Source: Armatimonadota bacterium
GTDB taxonomy: Bacteria; Armatimonadota; UBA5829; DSUL01
Direction of reading: 5' to 3'
Assembly (NCBI GenBank): GCA_039811685.1
Contig: JBDHZC010000009.1
Span: 72,153 to 136,152 of the forward strand
DNA: 64,000 nucleotides
Part shown: piece by piece, positions 10,246-19,735 of the stretch
Layout: each line of letters starts with the position of its first letter
How positions within the stretch are numbered: position 1 is the stretch's first letter
Program-made: the position numbers and the translations under genes
Notes under the pieces: generated by a model
The model's input: the letters and a program-made list of their open reading frames with translations, nothing else
The model's database searches: none
What the model was told of the DNA's origin: nothing

Positions 10246-10812
10246 TTGATGCTGGATCCGAAAATTGATTCGTTCCTGAAGGAGCTGGAGGGCTTTGCCC
10301 GTGAGAATGACCGGATGTGGAACATCCCGCCGGAGACCGGACGATTCCTGCACATGCTCGTGCGGGCGACCAACGCCCAGAGCGCTCTTGAAGTCGGGAT
10401 GTCCAACGGCTATTCGGGTATCTGGATAGCTTCGGCGCTGCGCAGCACTGGCGGTCACCTGACCACGCTGGAAGCTGACCCGTGGAAAGTGGAGCTTGCG
10501 ACAGAGAACTTCGCAAAGGCGGGTTTGCAGGACATCATCACGATCGTGGAGGGCGATGCGCGGGAGAATCTCGGCAGTCTCGAGGGCGTCTTTGATTTTG
10601 CGTTTGTCGATGCGACGAAAGATCAGTACCTCACCTACCTCAAGCTCATAGAGCCGAAGATGGCGCCCAATTCCCTGATTTTCGCCGACAACGCTATCAG
10701 CCACGGCGCCAGTATGCAGGACTACTTTGATCACATCCAGAGCTCAAGCGGCCTGGAAGGTGTCATGGTTCCCATCGGCACAGGCGTCATGATGGCGCTG
10801 AAAGACGCGTGA
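10246..10812 (+). CDS. SAM-dependent O-methyltransferase (Methyltransf_3)
   Basis: LEVGMSNGYS, FDFAFVDA.K..Y, ADN. Confidence 0.88.
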   Translation: MMLDPKIDSFLKELEGFARENDRMWNIPPETGRFLHMLVRATNAQSALEVGMSNGYSGIWIASALRSTGGHLTTLEADPWKVELATENFAKAGLQDIITIVEGDARENLGSLEGVFDFAFVDATKDQYLTYLKLIEPKMAPNSLIFADNAISHGASMQDYFDHIQSSSGLEGVMVPIGTGVMMALKDA

Positions 10813-11984
10813 GCCCGGCGAGAGTGCCGGAGGTCTGCGGAATCATCGTGGCTGCGGGGCAGTCATCGCGCTTTGGCGGGCGTGCGAAAGTGCTGGCGGC
10901 TCTTCTGGGACATCCGGTGCTGGAGTGGTCTATCCGGGCGCATGCCGCCTGCGAGGCGGTCCGGCAGATAGTTGTCGTAGGGCAGCGTGAGCATCGCGCC
11001 GAGATCGAGCTGATGCTTCAGGAGTGCGGCGCAGGCGGCAAGGCTTCGGTCTTTGCTGAAGGCGGCGCAGACCGGCAGGCATCTGTGCGCAGCGGACTGG
11101 CACACGCGCGCGGAGATCTGGATCTGATTTCAATTCATGACGGGGCCCGCCCGGGTGTAAGCGCGTCTTTGATTGAACAGGTAGCGGCGCAGGCAGAGGT
11201 GAGCGGCGCGGCTGTGGCGGCCCAGAGGGTGCACGATACGGTGAAGCGGTGCACGACCGACGGGGTGGTGGAGGAGACGCTGGATCGGTCGCGGCTGTGG
11301 CGCATTGCGACACCTCAGATTTTCCGCCGGGAGCTGATTGTCCGGGCGCATGAGGATTCCTCTGAGGCGGCAACCGACGATGCGGCTCTAGTGGAGCGCA
11401 GCGGGCACAGAGTCAGTGTAGTGGAAGCGGATGAGCGGATTGGAAAGATTACGACGGCTCTGGATCTGCGCGCGCTGGAAGGGATGCTGGGAGGCGAGAG
11501 CATGCGCGTTGGCTTTGGTTACGATATTCACAGGACTGATCCGTCACGCTCGCTTTTTCTCGGAGGTGTGCATTTTCCAGAAGGGCCCGGCCTCAGCGGG
11601 CACTCAGATGCGGACGTGGTGTGTCATGCGGTGGCGGATGGGCTTCTGGGCGCCGCAGCGCTGGGTGATATCGGACGCCACTTTCCCAACACAGACCCGC
11701 GCTATGCCGGTATTTCCAGTCTGGAGCTGCTCAGGGAGGTTGCCGCCAGACTGAGAGAGGCTGGAGCTCGAGTCATAAACGTGGACGCGGTGCTGATTGC
11801 GGAGCGGCCAAAAATAGCGGACAGGGTGGATGAAATGCGCGCGCGCATGGGGCAGGCGCTTGGAGTGGACGTTGAGAGGATCAGCGTCAAGGCGACAACG
11901 GCGGAGAAGACAGGGCCGGCCGGGCGCGGAGAGTGTATGGAGGCGCATGCGGTAGCTCAGATTGCATTGTGTTCCGCGCGGTGA
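10809..11984 (+). CDS. ispDF: Bifunctional IspD/IspF
   Basis: IspD motifs AAGQSSRFG, HDGARP, TDDA fused to IspF motifs RVGFGYDIH, GHSDAD, GDIG.HFP, KATT.E. Confidence 0.93.
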   Translation: MSPARVPEVCGIIVAAGQSSRFGGRAKVLAALLGHPVLEWSIRAHAACEAVRQIVVVGQREHRAEIELMLQECGAGGKASVFAEGGADRQASVRSGLAHARGDLDLISIHDGARPGVSASLIEQVAAQAEVSGAAVAAQRVHDTVKRCTTDGVVEETLDRSRLWRIATPQIFRRELIVRAHEDSSEAATDDAALVERSGHRVSVVEADERIGKITTALDLRALEGMLGGESMRVGFGYDIHRTDPSRSLFLGGVHFPEGPGLSGHSDADVVCHAVADGLLGAAALGDIGRHFPNTDPRYAGISSLELLREVAARLREAGARVINVDAVLIAERPKIADRVDEMRARMGQALGVDVERISVKATTAEKTGPAGRGECMEAHAVAQIALCSAR

Positions 11985-12020
11985 GCCTGCCTGTGCCTCA
12001 GTGCGAGGGGGTGGGTTCGT

Positions 12021-12049
12021 TTGACAGCCACCCGGCTATTTGGTACACT
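12021..12049 (+). promoter_or_regulatory. sigma70-type promoter of hpf
   Basis: TTGACA-17 bp-TACACT with extended -10 TG. Confidence 0.7.
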
Positions 12050-12088
12050 TTGAGGCGAAGAGAACAGATGGGAGAAACTGCCCGGTCA

Positions 12089-12652
12089 ATGCTGGTAACT
12101 GTCAAAGGGAAGAATGTCGAGGTCACCCCGGCCTTGCGAGATTACGCTGAGAAGAAGCTGTCCAGGCTGTCGAAGTATTTCGGGGAGATAAAAGAAGCGC
12201 GGGTCGTGCAGAGTGTCCAGCGCAATCAGCACATTGTCGAGGTGATGCTGGAGGGCGATGGGGTGCTGCTGCGGGGCGAGGAGCGCGGAGCGGACATGTA
12301 CGCGGCCGTCGATCTGGTGCTGGAGAAGCTGGAGCATCGCGTGAAGAAGTTCAAGGGCAAGCTCCACAACCGCGCCCACCAGCAGGGGCCGCGCGAGAAG
12401 GAACACCTCAAGGAACGGACGGTCACGGAGGCGCAGACACCCGAGGGCGTTGTCCCGGAGGAAGAGTACGAACCCACCATTGCCCGCGTCAAGCGCTTTG
12501 CCGCCAAGCCGATGGCGCCAGAGGAAGCGGCCCGGCAGATGGAGCTTCTGCATCACGACTTTTTCGTTTTTGTTAACTCTGAGTCTTCTGAGGTGAGCGT
12601 GGTTTACCGGCGCAAACATGGAGATTACGGTCTCTTGGTGCCGGACTACTAG
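12089..12652 (+). CDS. hpf: Long-form ribosome hibernation promoting factor
   Basis: GKNVEVTPALRDYAEKKL, DMYAAVD, C-terminal 'KPM..EEA..QMELL.HDFFVF' and YGL. Confidence 0.93.
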   Translation: MLVTVKGKNVEVTPALRDYAEKKLSRLSKYFGEIKEARVVQSVQRNQHIVEVMLEGDGVLLRGEERGADMYAAVDLVLEKLEHRVKKFKGKLHNRAHQQGPREKEHLKERTVTEAQTPEGVVPEEEYEPTIARVKRFAAKPMAPEEAARQMELLHHDFFVFVNSESSEVSVVYRRKHGDYGLLVPDY

Positions 12653-12793
12653 TACCGGTTTTGGCGCGGCTATGGCCGCATTGAAACACTGATTCTTGCA
12701 GGAGAGTTGTACGGACTACAGTATTATCTGCTCTTGCCGCTGCGTTAGCGGCTGACCAGGACGCCGGTGTCTGACAGGCAAAACAGGACAAAA

Positions 12794-14464
12794 ATGATAG
12801 ACACACAGCGCGCTGCTGACGCAGTTTCCCCTCTGGATCGCATCCGGCAGGCTTACCAGCCTCGTCTTCCTCGCGGGCTAAGCGGATCGATTCGGCTCCA
12901 TCTGGACCCGGAGCCGCTGGTCTCTGACTACCCGGCTCAGATTCTCGAGGAGTTTCCGAACTCACTCAACAAGCCGGTGGTCCGCTTTGTGCAGGGCGAA
13001 GGCGGCCTCACGACTGAGGCGATTACTGTTGGTGTTGTGTTTTCCGGCGGACAGGCGCCTGGCGGACACAACGTCATCGCGGGGCTACTGGATGCTTTGA
13101 AGAGCGCCAACCCGGAAAGCCGGCTTATCGGGTTTCTCGATGGGCCTATCGGCATTGTCAAAGACAACTGGATTGAGCTGACTCCAGAGCTTGTACAGGC
13201 GTACCGGAACACGGGCGGGTTCGATATGATCGGCTCGGGGCGTGACAAGATCGAAAAGGCGGCTGATCTGGCGGCCTGCAAAAAGACTCTGGAAAGCCAT
13301 AACGCGCGGGGTCTGGTGGTCATCGGCGGGGACGACTCCAACACAAACGCCGCCGTGATGGCTGAGTACTTCCTGCAGCAGAAGAGCAGTGTTCAGGTGA
13401 TTGGCGCTCCAAAGACTATTGACGGGGACCTGAAGAACGATCTGATTGACGCGAGTTTTGGCTTTGATACGGCCGCCAAGGTGTATTCCGAGCTGGCTGG
13501 TTCTATCTGCCGCGACTCCGCCTCCGCGCGCAAGTACTATCACTTCATTCGCTTGATGGGACGCGCCGCCAGCCATGTGACTCTGGAAGTGGCGCTTCAG
13601 ATTCATCCAAACCTCACAATCATTTCCGAGGAAGCTGAAGCCGCCCAGTGGACTCTGGAGCAGGTGGTTGATCAGATTGTGGATGTGGTTGTCCGCAGGT
13701 CGGCAGCGGGTAAAAACTACGGCGTGATTGTCATTCCGGAAGGTCTGCTGGAGTTTCTGGCTGATGTTAAGGTGATGATCAGCGAGCTCAGCGACATTCT
13801 TGCCGCGGATGAAAGCCACATTAAGACCCTCAAGCGCCGCACAGACCGCGTGGATTACTTCAACCAAAAGATGTCACCGGCCGCTGCGGCGACCTACGCC
13901 TTTCTGCCGGATTCCATCCAGCTTACGCTGCTCAAGCGCGACAAACACGGCAACATTCCGCTGTCGCAGGTGGAGACGGAAGAGCTTCTGATGGGTCTGG
14001 TGTCACAGAAGCTCAAAGCCCTCAAGAGCGAGGGCAAGTACAGCGGGTCGTTCTCTCCGCTGGGGCATTTCTTCGGGTATGAGGGACGGTGCGTGCAGCC
14101 CTCCAACTTCGACGCGGACTACTGCTATGCGCTGGGGTACACAGGCGCGCAGCTCATTCGCGGAGGTGTTACGGGCTACACGATCAGCGCACAGAATCTG
14201 GCAGCGCCAGTAGAGGACTGGCAAATGGGCGGTGTTCCGGTCACAAGCATGCTGGTCATTGAACAGCGCAAGGGCAAGCCAAAGCCAGTCATAAAGAAGA
14301 CGCTGGTAGATTTGCAGCGTGGGCCGTTCCGCTACTTCGCCAGCCACCGCGGCGACTGGGTGGAGAAAGACGCTTTTCTGTATCCCGGTCCGATTCAGTA
14401 CTTTGGGCCGTCAGATGTCTGTGACGCGCGCACCAAGACGCTGGAGCTGGAAGCCGAAGACTGA
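12794..14464 (+). CDS. pfp: Pyrophosphate-dependent phosphofructokinase (long clade)
   Basis: SGGQAPGGHNVIAG, GGDDSNTNA, PKTIDGD, MGR, FGYEGR, YPGPIQY. Confidence 0.93.
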   Translation: MIDTQRAADAVSPLDRIRQAYQPRLPRGLSGSIRLHLDPEPLVSDYPAQILEEFPNSLNKPVVRFVQGEGGLTTEAITVGVVFSGGQAPGGHNVIAGLLDALKSANPESRLIGFLDGPIGIVKDNWIELTPELVQAYRNTGGFDMIGSGRDKIEKAADLAACKKTLESHNARGLVVIGGDDSNTNAAVMAEYFLQQKSSVQVIGAPKTIDGDLKNDLIDASFGFDTAAKVYSELAGSICRDSASARKYYHFIRLMGRAASHVTLEVALQIHPNLTIISEEAEAAQWTLEQVVDQIVDVVVRRSAAGKNYGVIVIPEGLLEFLADVKVMISELSDILAADESHIKTLKRRTDRVDYFNQKMSPAAAATYAFLPDSIQLTLLKRDKHGNIPLSQVETEELLMGLVSQKLKALKSEGKYSGSFSPLGHFFGYEGRCVQPSNFDADYCYALGYTGAQLIRGGVTGYTISAQNLAAPVEDWQMGGVPVTSMLVIEQRKGKPKPVIKKTLVDLQRGPFRYFASHRGDWVEKDAFLYPGPIQYFGPSDVCDARTKTLELEAED

Positions 14465-14586
14465 CGAGTCCCCGGACTCCGGACACGCTCTGAACAGATA
14501 GCGCACAAAGCCGGCTGAGCCTCGCGCACCGTCAGGGACTGTACTCAGCCTCGCACTCAAGCACACATAGTCAACACGAGGAACGC

Positions 14587-15570
14587 ATGAAGCTCAACCA
14601 GTCGGGAAAATATATTATTGGCGTGGACATCGGCGGTACAAACGTGCGCGCCGCGGTGACGGACCGGGCGGGCAAGGCTTTCGGTGAGAGCCGCAACAAG
14701 ACGCTGGCGGACGATGGCCCCAAGGCTGTCCTGGCTCAGATTGTCAAGACAGTCCAGGAGGCTATGGCCAGTGGCGAGGTCACGGCGGAGCAGATTACCG
14801 GCGTCGGTTGTGGAATGCCTGGAAGGACCAACCGGGAAGGTGTTGTCACCTGGTCGCCCAACTTCGTTGACATTGAGGGCTTTGAGCTGGTTGGCGGGCT
14901 GAGCAAGGCCCTGAACATGGCCGTGCTGGTGGAAAACGACGTCAATACCGCCGCGGTGGGGGAGTTTCGCTTTGGCGCTGGGCAGGGAGTTGACAGCCTC
15001 GTTATGCTCACGCTTGGCACGGGCATAGGTGGCGGCATTATCCTGAACCGCCAGCTCTGGCGGGGAGCGAATGCGGGCGCGGCGGAGATCGGTCACATGG
15101 TGGTCAATCCGGGTGGCCGGAAGTGTGAGTGTGGCAATCACGGATGTCTGGAAGCGATGGCGCAGCGCGACGCGATCGTGGAGCGCGCGGCTCGCAAGAT
15201 GCAGGCGGGGATGCCAAGCTCTCTGGCGGAAGAGGCGGACTATCAGGTGGACAAAATCACTCCTGAGATTATCTCCCGCCATGCCGCCAGCGGCGATGAG
15301 CTCTGTCTGGAGACCCTGGCGGAGACCGGTCACTGGGTCGGCATCGGAATCGCCAACTGTATCAATCTGCTCAATCCCGATATGGTCATCGTGGGCGGTG
15401 GCATCGCTCAGGCGGGTCCGCCGCTCTGGGAGCCGCTAAAGCGCGGAGTGCGGGCGTATGCCATTCAGGAATCCAGAGTTGTCTGCCAGGTAGTTGAGTC
15501 CAAACTGGGTGACGACGCGGGGATTATGGGCGGAGTTGTGCTTGTGCTGCAGGCGCTGGAGAGAGCGTAA
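14587..15570 (+). CDS. ROK family sugar kinase (glucokinase-like)
   Basis: GVDIGGT, ENDVN, LGTGIGGG, EIGH, CECGNHGCLE. Confidence 0.9.
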   Translation: MKLNQSGKYIIGVDIGGTNVRAAVTDRAGKAFGESRNKTLADDGPKAVLAQIVKTVQEAMASGEVTAEQITGVGCGMPGRTNREGVVTWSPNFVDIEGFELVGGLSKALNMAVLVENDVNTAAVGEFRFGAGQGVDSLVMLTLGTGIGGGIILNRQLWRGANAGAAEIGHMVVNPGGRKCECGNHGCLEAMAQRDAIVERAARKMQAGMPSSLAEEADYQVDKITPEIISRHAASGDELCLETLAETGHWVGIGIANCINLLNPDMVIVGGGIAQAGPPLWEPLKRGVRAYAIQESRVVCQVVESKLGDDAGIMGGVVLVLQALERA

Positions 15571-15736
15571 ACTCCAAAAGCTCAGGCTGAGGAGCCGAAT
15601 CGCAGGCCTTGCGCGTCTCATACAGGGTATCCGTGTGATGTGTCCCTCAGCAGGTGACTGCAAGTAAGAAACCTGCCAGCAAAACAAGCCTTCAGCGCAC
15701 TGCCGGGCTGAGGACGAAGGACAGGAGAAAGAAACA

Positions 15737-16696
15737 ATGACCGTTTCGAAACTGCTGCGAGCTCTTCTGGCGCTTGTTGCGGGAGTGTGCGTAGCGTCCC
15801 CGGGGTGTTGTGATTTTACGTTCGTTCAGATCAGTGACATCCACGTGACTCCTGAGAAGTCCGAGGTCGGGCAGAATTGGGCCCGCAACCGCGAAGCTTT
15901 GATCCGTCAGGTAAACGCGCAGCGGCCGGACTTTGTCATCGTTACGGGAGATCTCACAGAGACCGGCGCAAGCGCGGATTTCCGGGCGCTGAAGGGCTGG
16001 CTGCGCAAGTTTGACGCGCCGGTTTACGTGGTGCCTGGCAACCACGACGTCGGCCGCAGAGTCAGCCGCTCCCCCGCTCGCTCCGCCAAGCCTCCTTACA
16101 CCCGCTCTTTGCTGAATTACGAGCGAGTTTTCGGGCGGTCTTTCTATTCCTTTGCGCACGAGAACGCCTACTTCATCTTCATGAACTCCGGACTGTTTTC
16201 GACGGATAACCCGCGTTACCCGTATCAGCGTATGCGCGAGATGGAAGCCGCGCAATGGCTGGATTCTGAGCTGCGCTATGCGAACAATGCGGCCTACCCC
16301 CTTGTGTTTGTCCTGCAGCACTATCCGCTCAAGGAAACTCAAGGGTTGGGTGACACGCTGAATCGCGCGGAGGTTTCAGCGCTGATGTTTGGGCATATCC
16401 ACCGTTTTACAAGTGGCGTGAGAGGCAGGGTACTGACGGTGTCTGTATCTTCGTCCAAGGGAGGCGCCGCGCCAAACGCGCTTCCGTGTTTTGCGCTCGT
16501 AAAAGTCAGCGGGGACGGCGCTATCTACAACTATATTGCGGCGAACGGAGAGGTTGTTCGTCCGCCCGTGAGTATCCCGGCGAGGGCTGTCGGTAGCAAT
16601 ACGCTGTGGGACGTGCGAAGCGCGCTCTTTCCCCGGCTTCCGGCTGCGTCGCTGGAGCGCATACTCCCGGAGCCACGTGAGGGACACAGACTATGA
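15737..16696 (+). CDS. Secreted calcineurin-like metallophosphoesterase
   Basis: Signal peptide; SDIH, TGDL, PGNHD, HYP, GHIH. Confidence 0.85.
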   Translation: MTVSKLLRALLALVAGVCVASPGCCDFTFVQISDIHVTPEKSEVGQNWARNREALIRQVNAQRPDFVIVTGDLTETGASADFRALKGWLRKFDAPVYVVPGNHDVGRRVSRSPARSAKPPYTRSLLNYERVFGRSFYSFAHENAYFIFMNSGLFSTDNPRYPYQRMREMEAAQWLDSELRYANNAAYPLVFVLQHYPLKETQGLGDTLNRAEVSALMFGHIHRFTSGVRGRVLTVSVSSSKGGAAPNALPCFALVKVSGDGAIYNYIAANGEVVRPPVSIPARAVGSNTLWDVRSALFPRLPAASLERILPEPREGHRL

Positions 16697-17787
16697 GAAA
16701 ATGCAGGTGGTCTAGCGCTATCTCGGCCGGGCTGCTGATTGCTGTTGCTCTTTCGAGCACAGCTTCGGCGACGAAGGTCGTTTTTAACGGAGACGGTGTG
16801 GCGGTTGTGGATGGGCGGCCTTTCTTTCCGATTGGCATCTACTGTTACAACCTTACCAGCGACATAATGGCTGATTTACACGAGCGGCGCTTCAACACGA
16901 TAGTCAACATTGTTACGGGATTCGAGGCTTCGCAGCTTGACTTCATTCATCAGAATGGGCTGATGAGCGTTGTTCCTTACACTCCGGAGTGGGTGAAGGC
17001 CGCCAAAGACCACCCTTCTCTGCTGGCGTACTATCTGACGGATGAGCCGGAAGGGCACGGCGACGTGGTAGAGAAGGAGCGGGAGAAGTACCTGGAGATG
17101 CGCCGGGAAGACCCGAACCATCCGGGCGGGTTGTGTCACTATCTCTTCGGGGCGATCGAGCGCTTCAAAGACGCATGCGACTTCACGATGAGCGATGTGT
17201 ATCCTGTGACGGCCAGCCGGGATACGCCGCTGCGAAATGTCGGGGTTCACATAGACGAGGCGCACCGCGTACACGGGCGCATGTGGCCGACGTGGGCGTG
17301 GATTCAGGTTTTTGGCGGGCCGGATACCGATGGTGGCAAATGGGCGCAGCCTCTGGCGCAAGAGGTGCGCTGCATGACTTACATCGCTCTGGCGCATGGA
17401 GCAACGGGGATTCTCTACTTCTCTTACTGGCCGAAAGCTCCGGAGACTTGGGGGTCGTTGGGTGAGTTGAACCGGGAGATAGAGGTGATAACTCCCTATC
17501 TGGTTGCTCCGGGCAAAGAGAGTGCGGTGTCTTCTGACAAAAATCAGATCGAGATGCGGGCTCGCAAGTGCGTGAGTGGAGGGGTTGTCATAGCCGTCAA
17601 CACTCAGCCAACTTATGTCAGCGCAAAGCTGAAGGTGGACGGTTTGCGCAACTCTCTGGAAGCGCCCTTTGAGAACCGCGCGCTGGAGACGGAGAACGGG
17701 TCCTGGCAGGATCGCTTCGCGCCCCATGAAGCGCATGTGTATGTCTGGGGAAAGGCTCCGAAAGTTGAGCTGGGAGGGATGAGATGA
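16693..17787 (+). CDS. Secreted putative glycoside hydrolase (TIM-barrel type)
   Basis: Signal peptide; VDGRPFFPIGIY, HPSLLAYYLTDEP, 'D.YP', HGATGILYF. Confidence 0.6.
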   Translation: MRKCRWSSAISAGLLIAVALSSTASATKVVFNGDGVAVVDGRPFFPIGIYCYNLTSDIMADLHERRFNTIVNIVTGFEASQLDFIHQNGLMSVVPYTPEWVKAAKDHPSLLAYYLTDEPEGHGDVVEKEREKYLEMRREDPNHPGGLCHYLFGAIERFKDACDFTMSDVYPVTASRDTPLRNVGVHIDEAHRVHGRMWPTWAWIQVFGGPDTDGGKWAQPLAQEVRCMTYIALAHGATGILYFSYWPKAPETWGSLGELNREIEVITPYLVAPGKESAVSSDKNQIEMRARKCVSGGVVIAVNTQPTYVSAKLKVDGLRNSLEAPFENRALETENGSWQDRFAPHEAHVYVWGKAPKVELGGMR

Positions 17788-18671
17788 AGCTGGCGATGGG
17801 TGAGCGTGAGATGGAGCTGGGCGGCCCTTACCTGGGCACGTTGCCGGAGGCCACACATCTTATGGGAGATGCGGATGCGTTGCGTGAGCAGATGGAGCGT
17901 GACGGATTTTTGCTGATCCGCAAGCTGCACGATCCGGAGAAGGTGAAGGCGGCGCGGCGGCTGGTTCTGGAGAATCTGCGCGACAACGGCCAGCTTGACT
18001 CGGAAGCGTCGTTGGAAGAAGGGTTGCTGCGCGAAGGCGGTCGCGGCGCGTTTCTGGGAGGCTCAAAAGCAGTGACGCACACACCAGAGTTCCTTTCGGT
18101 CGTGGAATCTCCGGAGCTGATGCGGTTCTTCAGCGATTTTCTGGGGGCGCCGGCGCTGACTTTTAGCTACAAATGGCTGCGAGCAGTGGGGCGTGGGGAG
18201 TTCACGGGCGCGCACTACGACGTGGTCTATATGGGGCGTGGAACAGCACGGCTTTTCACATGCTGGACTCCACTGGGCGATGTGTCTTTTGAAAACAGTC
18301 CCCTGGCTATTCTGGAGGGCTCGACGCGCATTGAGCGGCTGAAGCAGACGTACGGGCGGATGGACGTGGACAGAGACAACGTCGAAGGGTGGTTTTCCAA
18401 TGATCCTGTTGAACTGGTCGAAAACTTCGGCGGGCGCTGGCTGACTTCAGAGTTTGAGATGGGCGATGCTTTGATCTTCGGGATGTATCTGATGCATGGA
18501 TCGCTGAGGAATATGACGAATCGCGTACGCCTGAGTTGTGACACGCGCTATCAGAGCGCAAATGAGCCGGCGGATGAGCGCTGGACCGGGGAGAATCCTC
18601 TGGCGCACTACGCATGGGGACAAACTGAGATGACTCCAATGGCCGAGGCGCGCAGACGCTGGGGCGTCTGA
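17784..18671 (+). CDS. Phytanoyl-CoA dioxygenase (PhyH) family protein
   Basis: HYD iron-binding motif, WTPLGD, H-G-S, RLSCDTRYQ. Confidence 0.85.
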   Translation: MKLAMGEREMELGGPYLGTLPEATHLMGDADALREQMERDGFLLIRKLHDPEKVKAARRLVLENLRDNGQLDSEASLEEGLLREGGRGAFLGGSKAVTHTPEFLSVVESPELMRFFSDFLGAPALTFSYKWLRAVGRGEFTGAHYDVVYMGRGTARLFTCWTPLGDVSFENSPLAILEGSTRIERLKQTYGRMDVDRDNVEGWFSNDPVELVENFGGRWLTSEFEMGDALIFGMYLMHGSLRNMTNRVRLSCDTRYQSANEPADERWTGENPLAHYAWGQTEMTPMAEARRRWGV

Positions 18672-18898
18672 CGAATCGTCGCTGTCTCTTCAGAAATTCG
18701 CCTGTAAGTGCGCGCCAGTCGCTGTCGCGCCTTGAGAAAGACGCGCGCCGCACACGCCTGTATGCCGTCAATCTTTGCCCGGCCTCGTTAAACAGCGCCT
18801 TTTCTGATTCCACTGCCTGCTTACTCCTCACGGTCTAGCGCCGGTTCGCGCTTCTGATACTCGCACGAATTTAGTTCTTATATTTTTGCATAAAGTAC

Positions 18899-18927
18899 TT
18901 GCATTTGCCTAAAACGCCTGTTATGAT
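18899..18927 (+). promoter_or_regulatory. sigma70-type promoter of the phage-like cluster
   Basis: TTGCAT (18899-18904), 17-bp spacer, TATGAT (18922-18927), AT-rich upstream element. Confidence 0.75.
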
Positions 18928-18928
18928 A

Positions 18929-18942
18929 CGAACAAATGTTCT
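18929..18942. promoter_or_regulatory. Putative LexA (SOS/Cheo) box
   Basis: CGAACAAATGTTCT = GAAC-N4-GTTC directly after the -10 element, over the predicted TSS. Confidence 0.7.
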
Positions 18943-18960
18943 GTTCAAGGAGGGCGAGGA

Positions 18961-19323
18961 GTGGTCCACGGTGCGGCGGTGGCGATCGGTTCTTCGCGCG
19001 GGTTGGCGCAGACGCTCTGGCGGCCGGCGCTGGAGGCGGTTGGCTCTGAGGGCACAGAAGCGCAGACGGGAGTGGCGTATCTGCTGGAGCGCGAGTTTCG
19101 CGAAGTGGTGGCGCTGGCGCGGATGAGCTTTCGGGAACGCGAGGCTCTGGAAATGGCTCGCTGCGGATGGAGTGAGACGGAGATGGGCAGGGCGCTTTCT
19201 CTCAGCCGCTCTCAGACGACAGAGTTGCTCTCCAAAGCGCGACGGAAGCTACAGGCGGCGCGCGAGAGATATCCGTTTGCGGGTCTGTGGGAAGTTTACC
19301 GGGATGAAGTAGCGCGGCTGTAG
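18961..19323 (+). CDS. sigma70 region-4/LuxR-type HTH protein, putative activator
   Basis: 'MSFREREALEMARCGWSETEMGRALSLSRSQTTELLSKARRKL' fits the sigma r4 HTH pattern; AAGGAGG/GAGGAG SD. Confidence 0.7.
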   Translation: MVHGAAVAIGSSRGLAQTLWRPALEAVGSEGTEAQTGVAYLLEREFREVVALARMSFREREALEMARCGWSETEMGRALSLSRSQTTELLSKARRKLQAARERYPFAGLWEVYRDEVARL

Positions 19324-19354
19324 GCACGGTGGTGGAGGTTGGGCTGAAGGGACT

Positions 19355-19735
19355 TTGCTGAAGAAAAAACAGAGCCAGGCAGTGGATCTGCTGTTTCTGG
19401 GCTCCCCGGAGAAGGTGGCGCAGAAAGTGGGCGTGCGGCACTCGACGCTGCAACGCTGGCTGGAGGACAGGCGCTTTCAGCAGGCGTTGAAGGCGCGGGC
19501 AAAGCAGAAGCGCAGGGCCAGCGAGCGCCTGGCGCTGCAGGCGGTGATGATGGCATCGAGCGCTCTTGAGGCGGCTCTTCGAACAGGTGAGGACCGGCCC
19601 GTGACGCGAGCGGCTCTGGAGACGTTGAAGATCAGCGGCGTATTGCCGGGCTGCCTGGAAGCGACGCGGGACAGCGCGGACTCTCTGGCGGATGTGATTG
19701 CGCGGGTGAAGGCGGAGATGGATGAGCACGGTTAG
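19355..19735 (+). CDS. Putative terminase small subunit (N-terminal HTH)
   Basis: 'KQSQAVDLL...EKVAQKVGVRHSTLQRWLED..F' HTH followed by helices; overlaps the TerL start. Confidence 0.65.
   Translation: MLKKKQSQAVDLLFLGSPEKVAQKVGVRHSTLQRWLEDRRFQQALKARAKQKRRASERLALQAVMMASSALEAALRTGEDRPVTRAALETLKISGVLPGCLEATRDSADSLADVIARVKAEMDEHG

Noticed and set aside
18862..18878. Second LexA box (CGAATTTAGTTC) upstream of the cluster promoter
   Set aside because: Left half-site and spacing do not fit GAAC-N4-GTTC.
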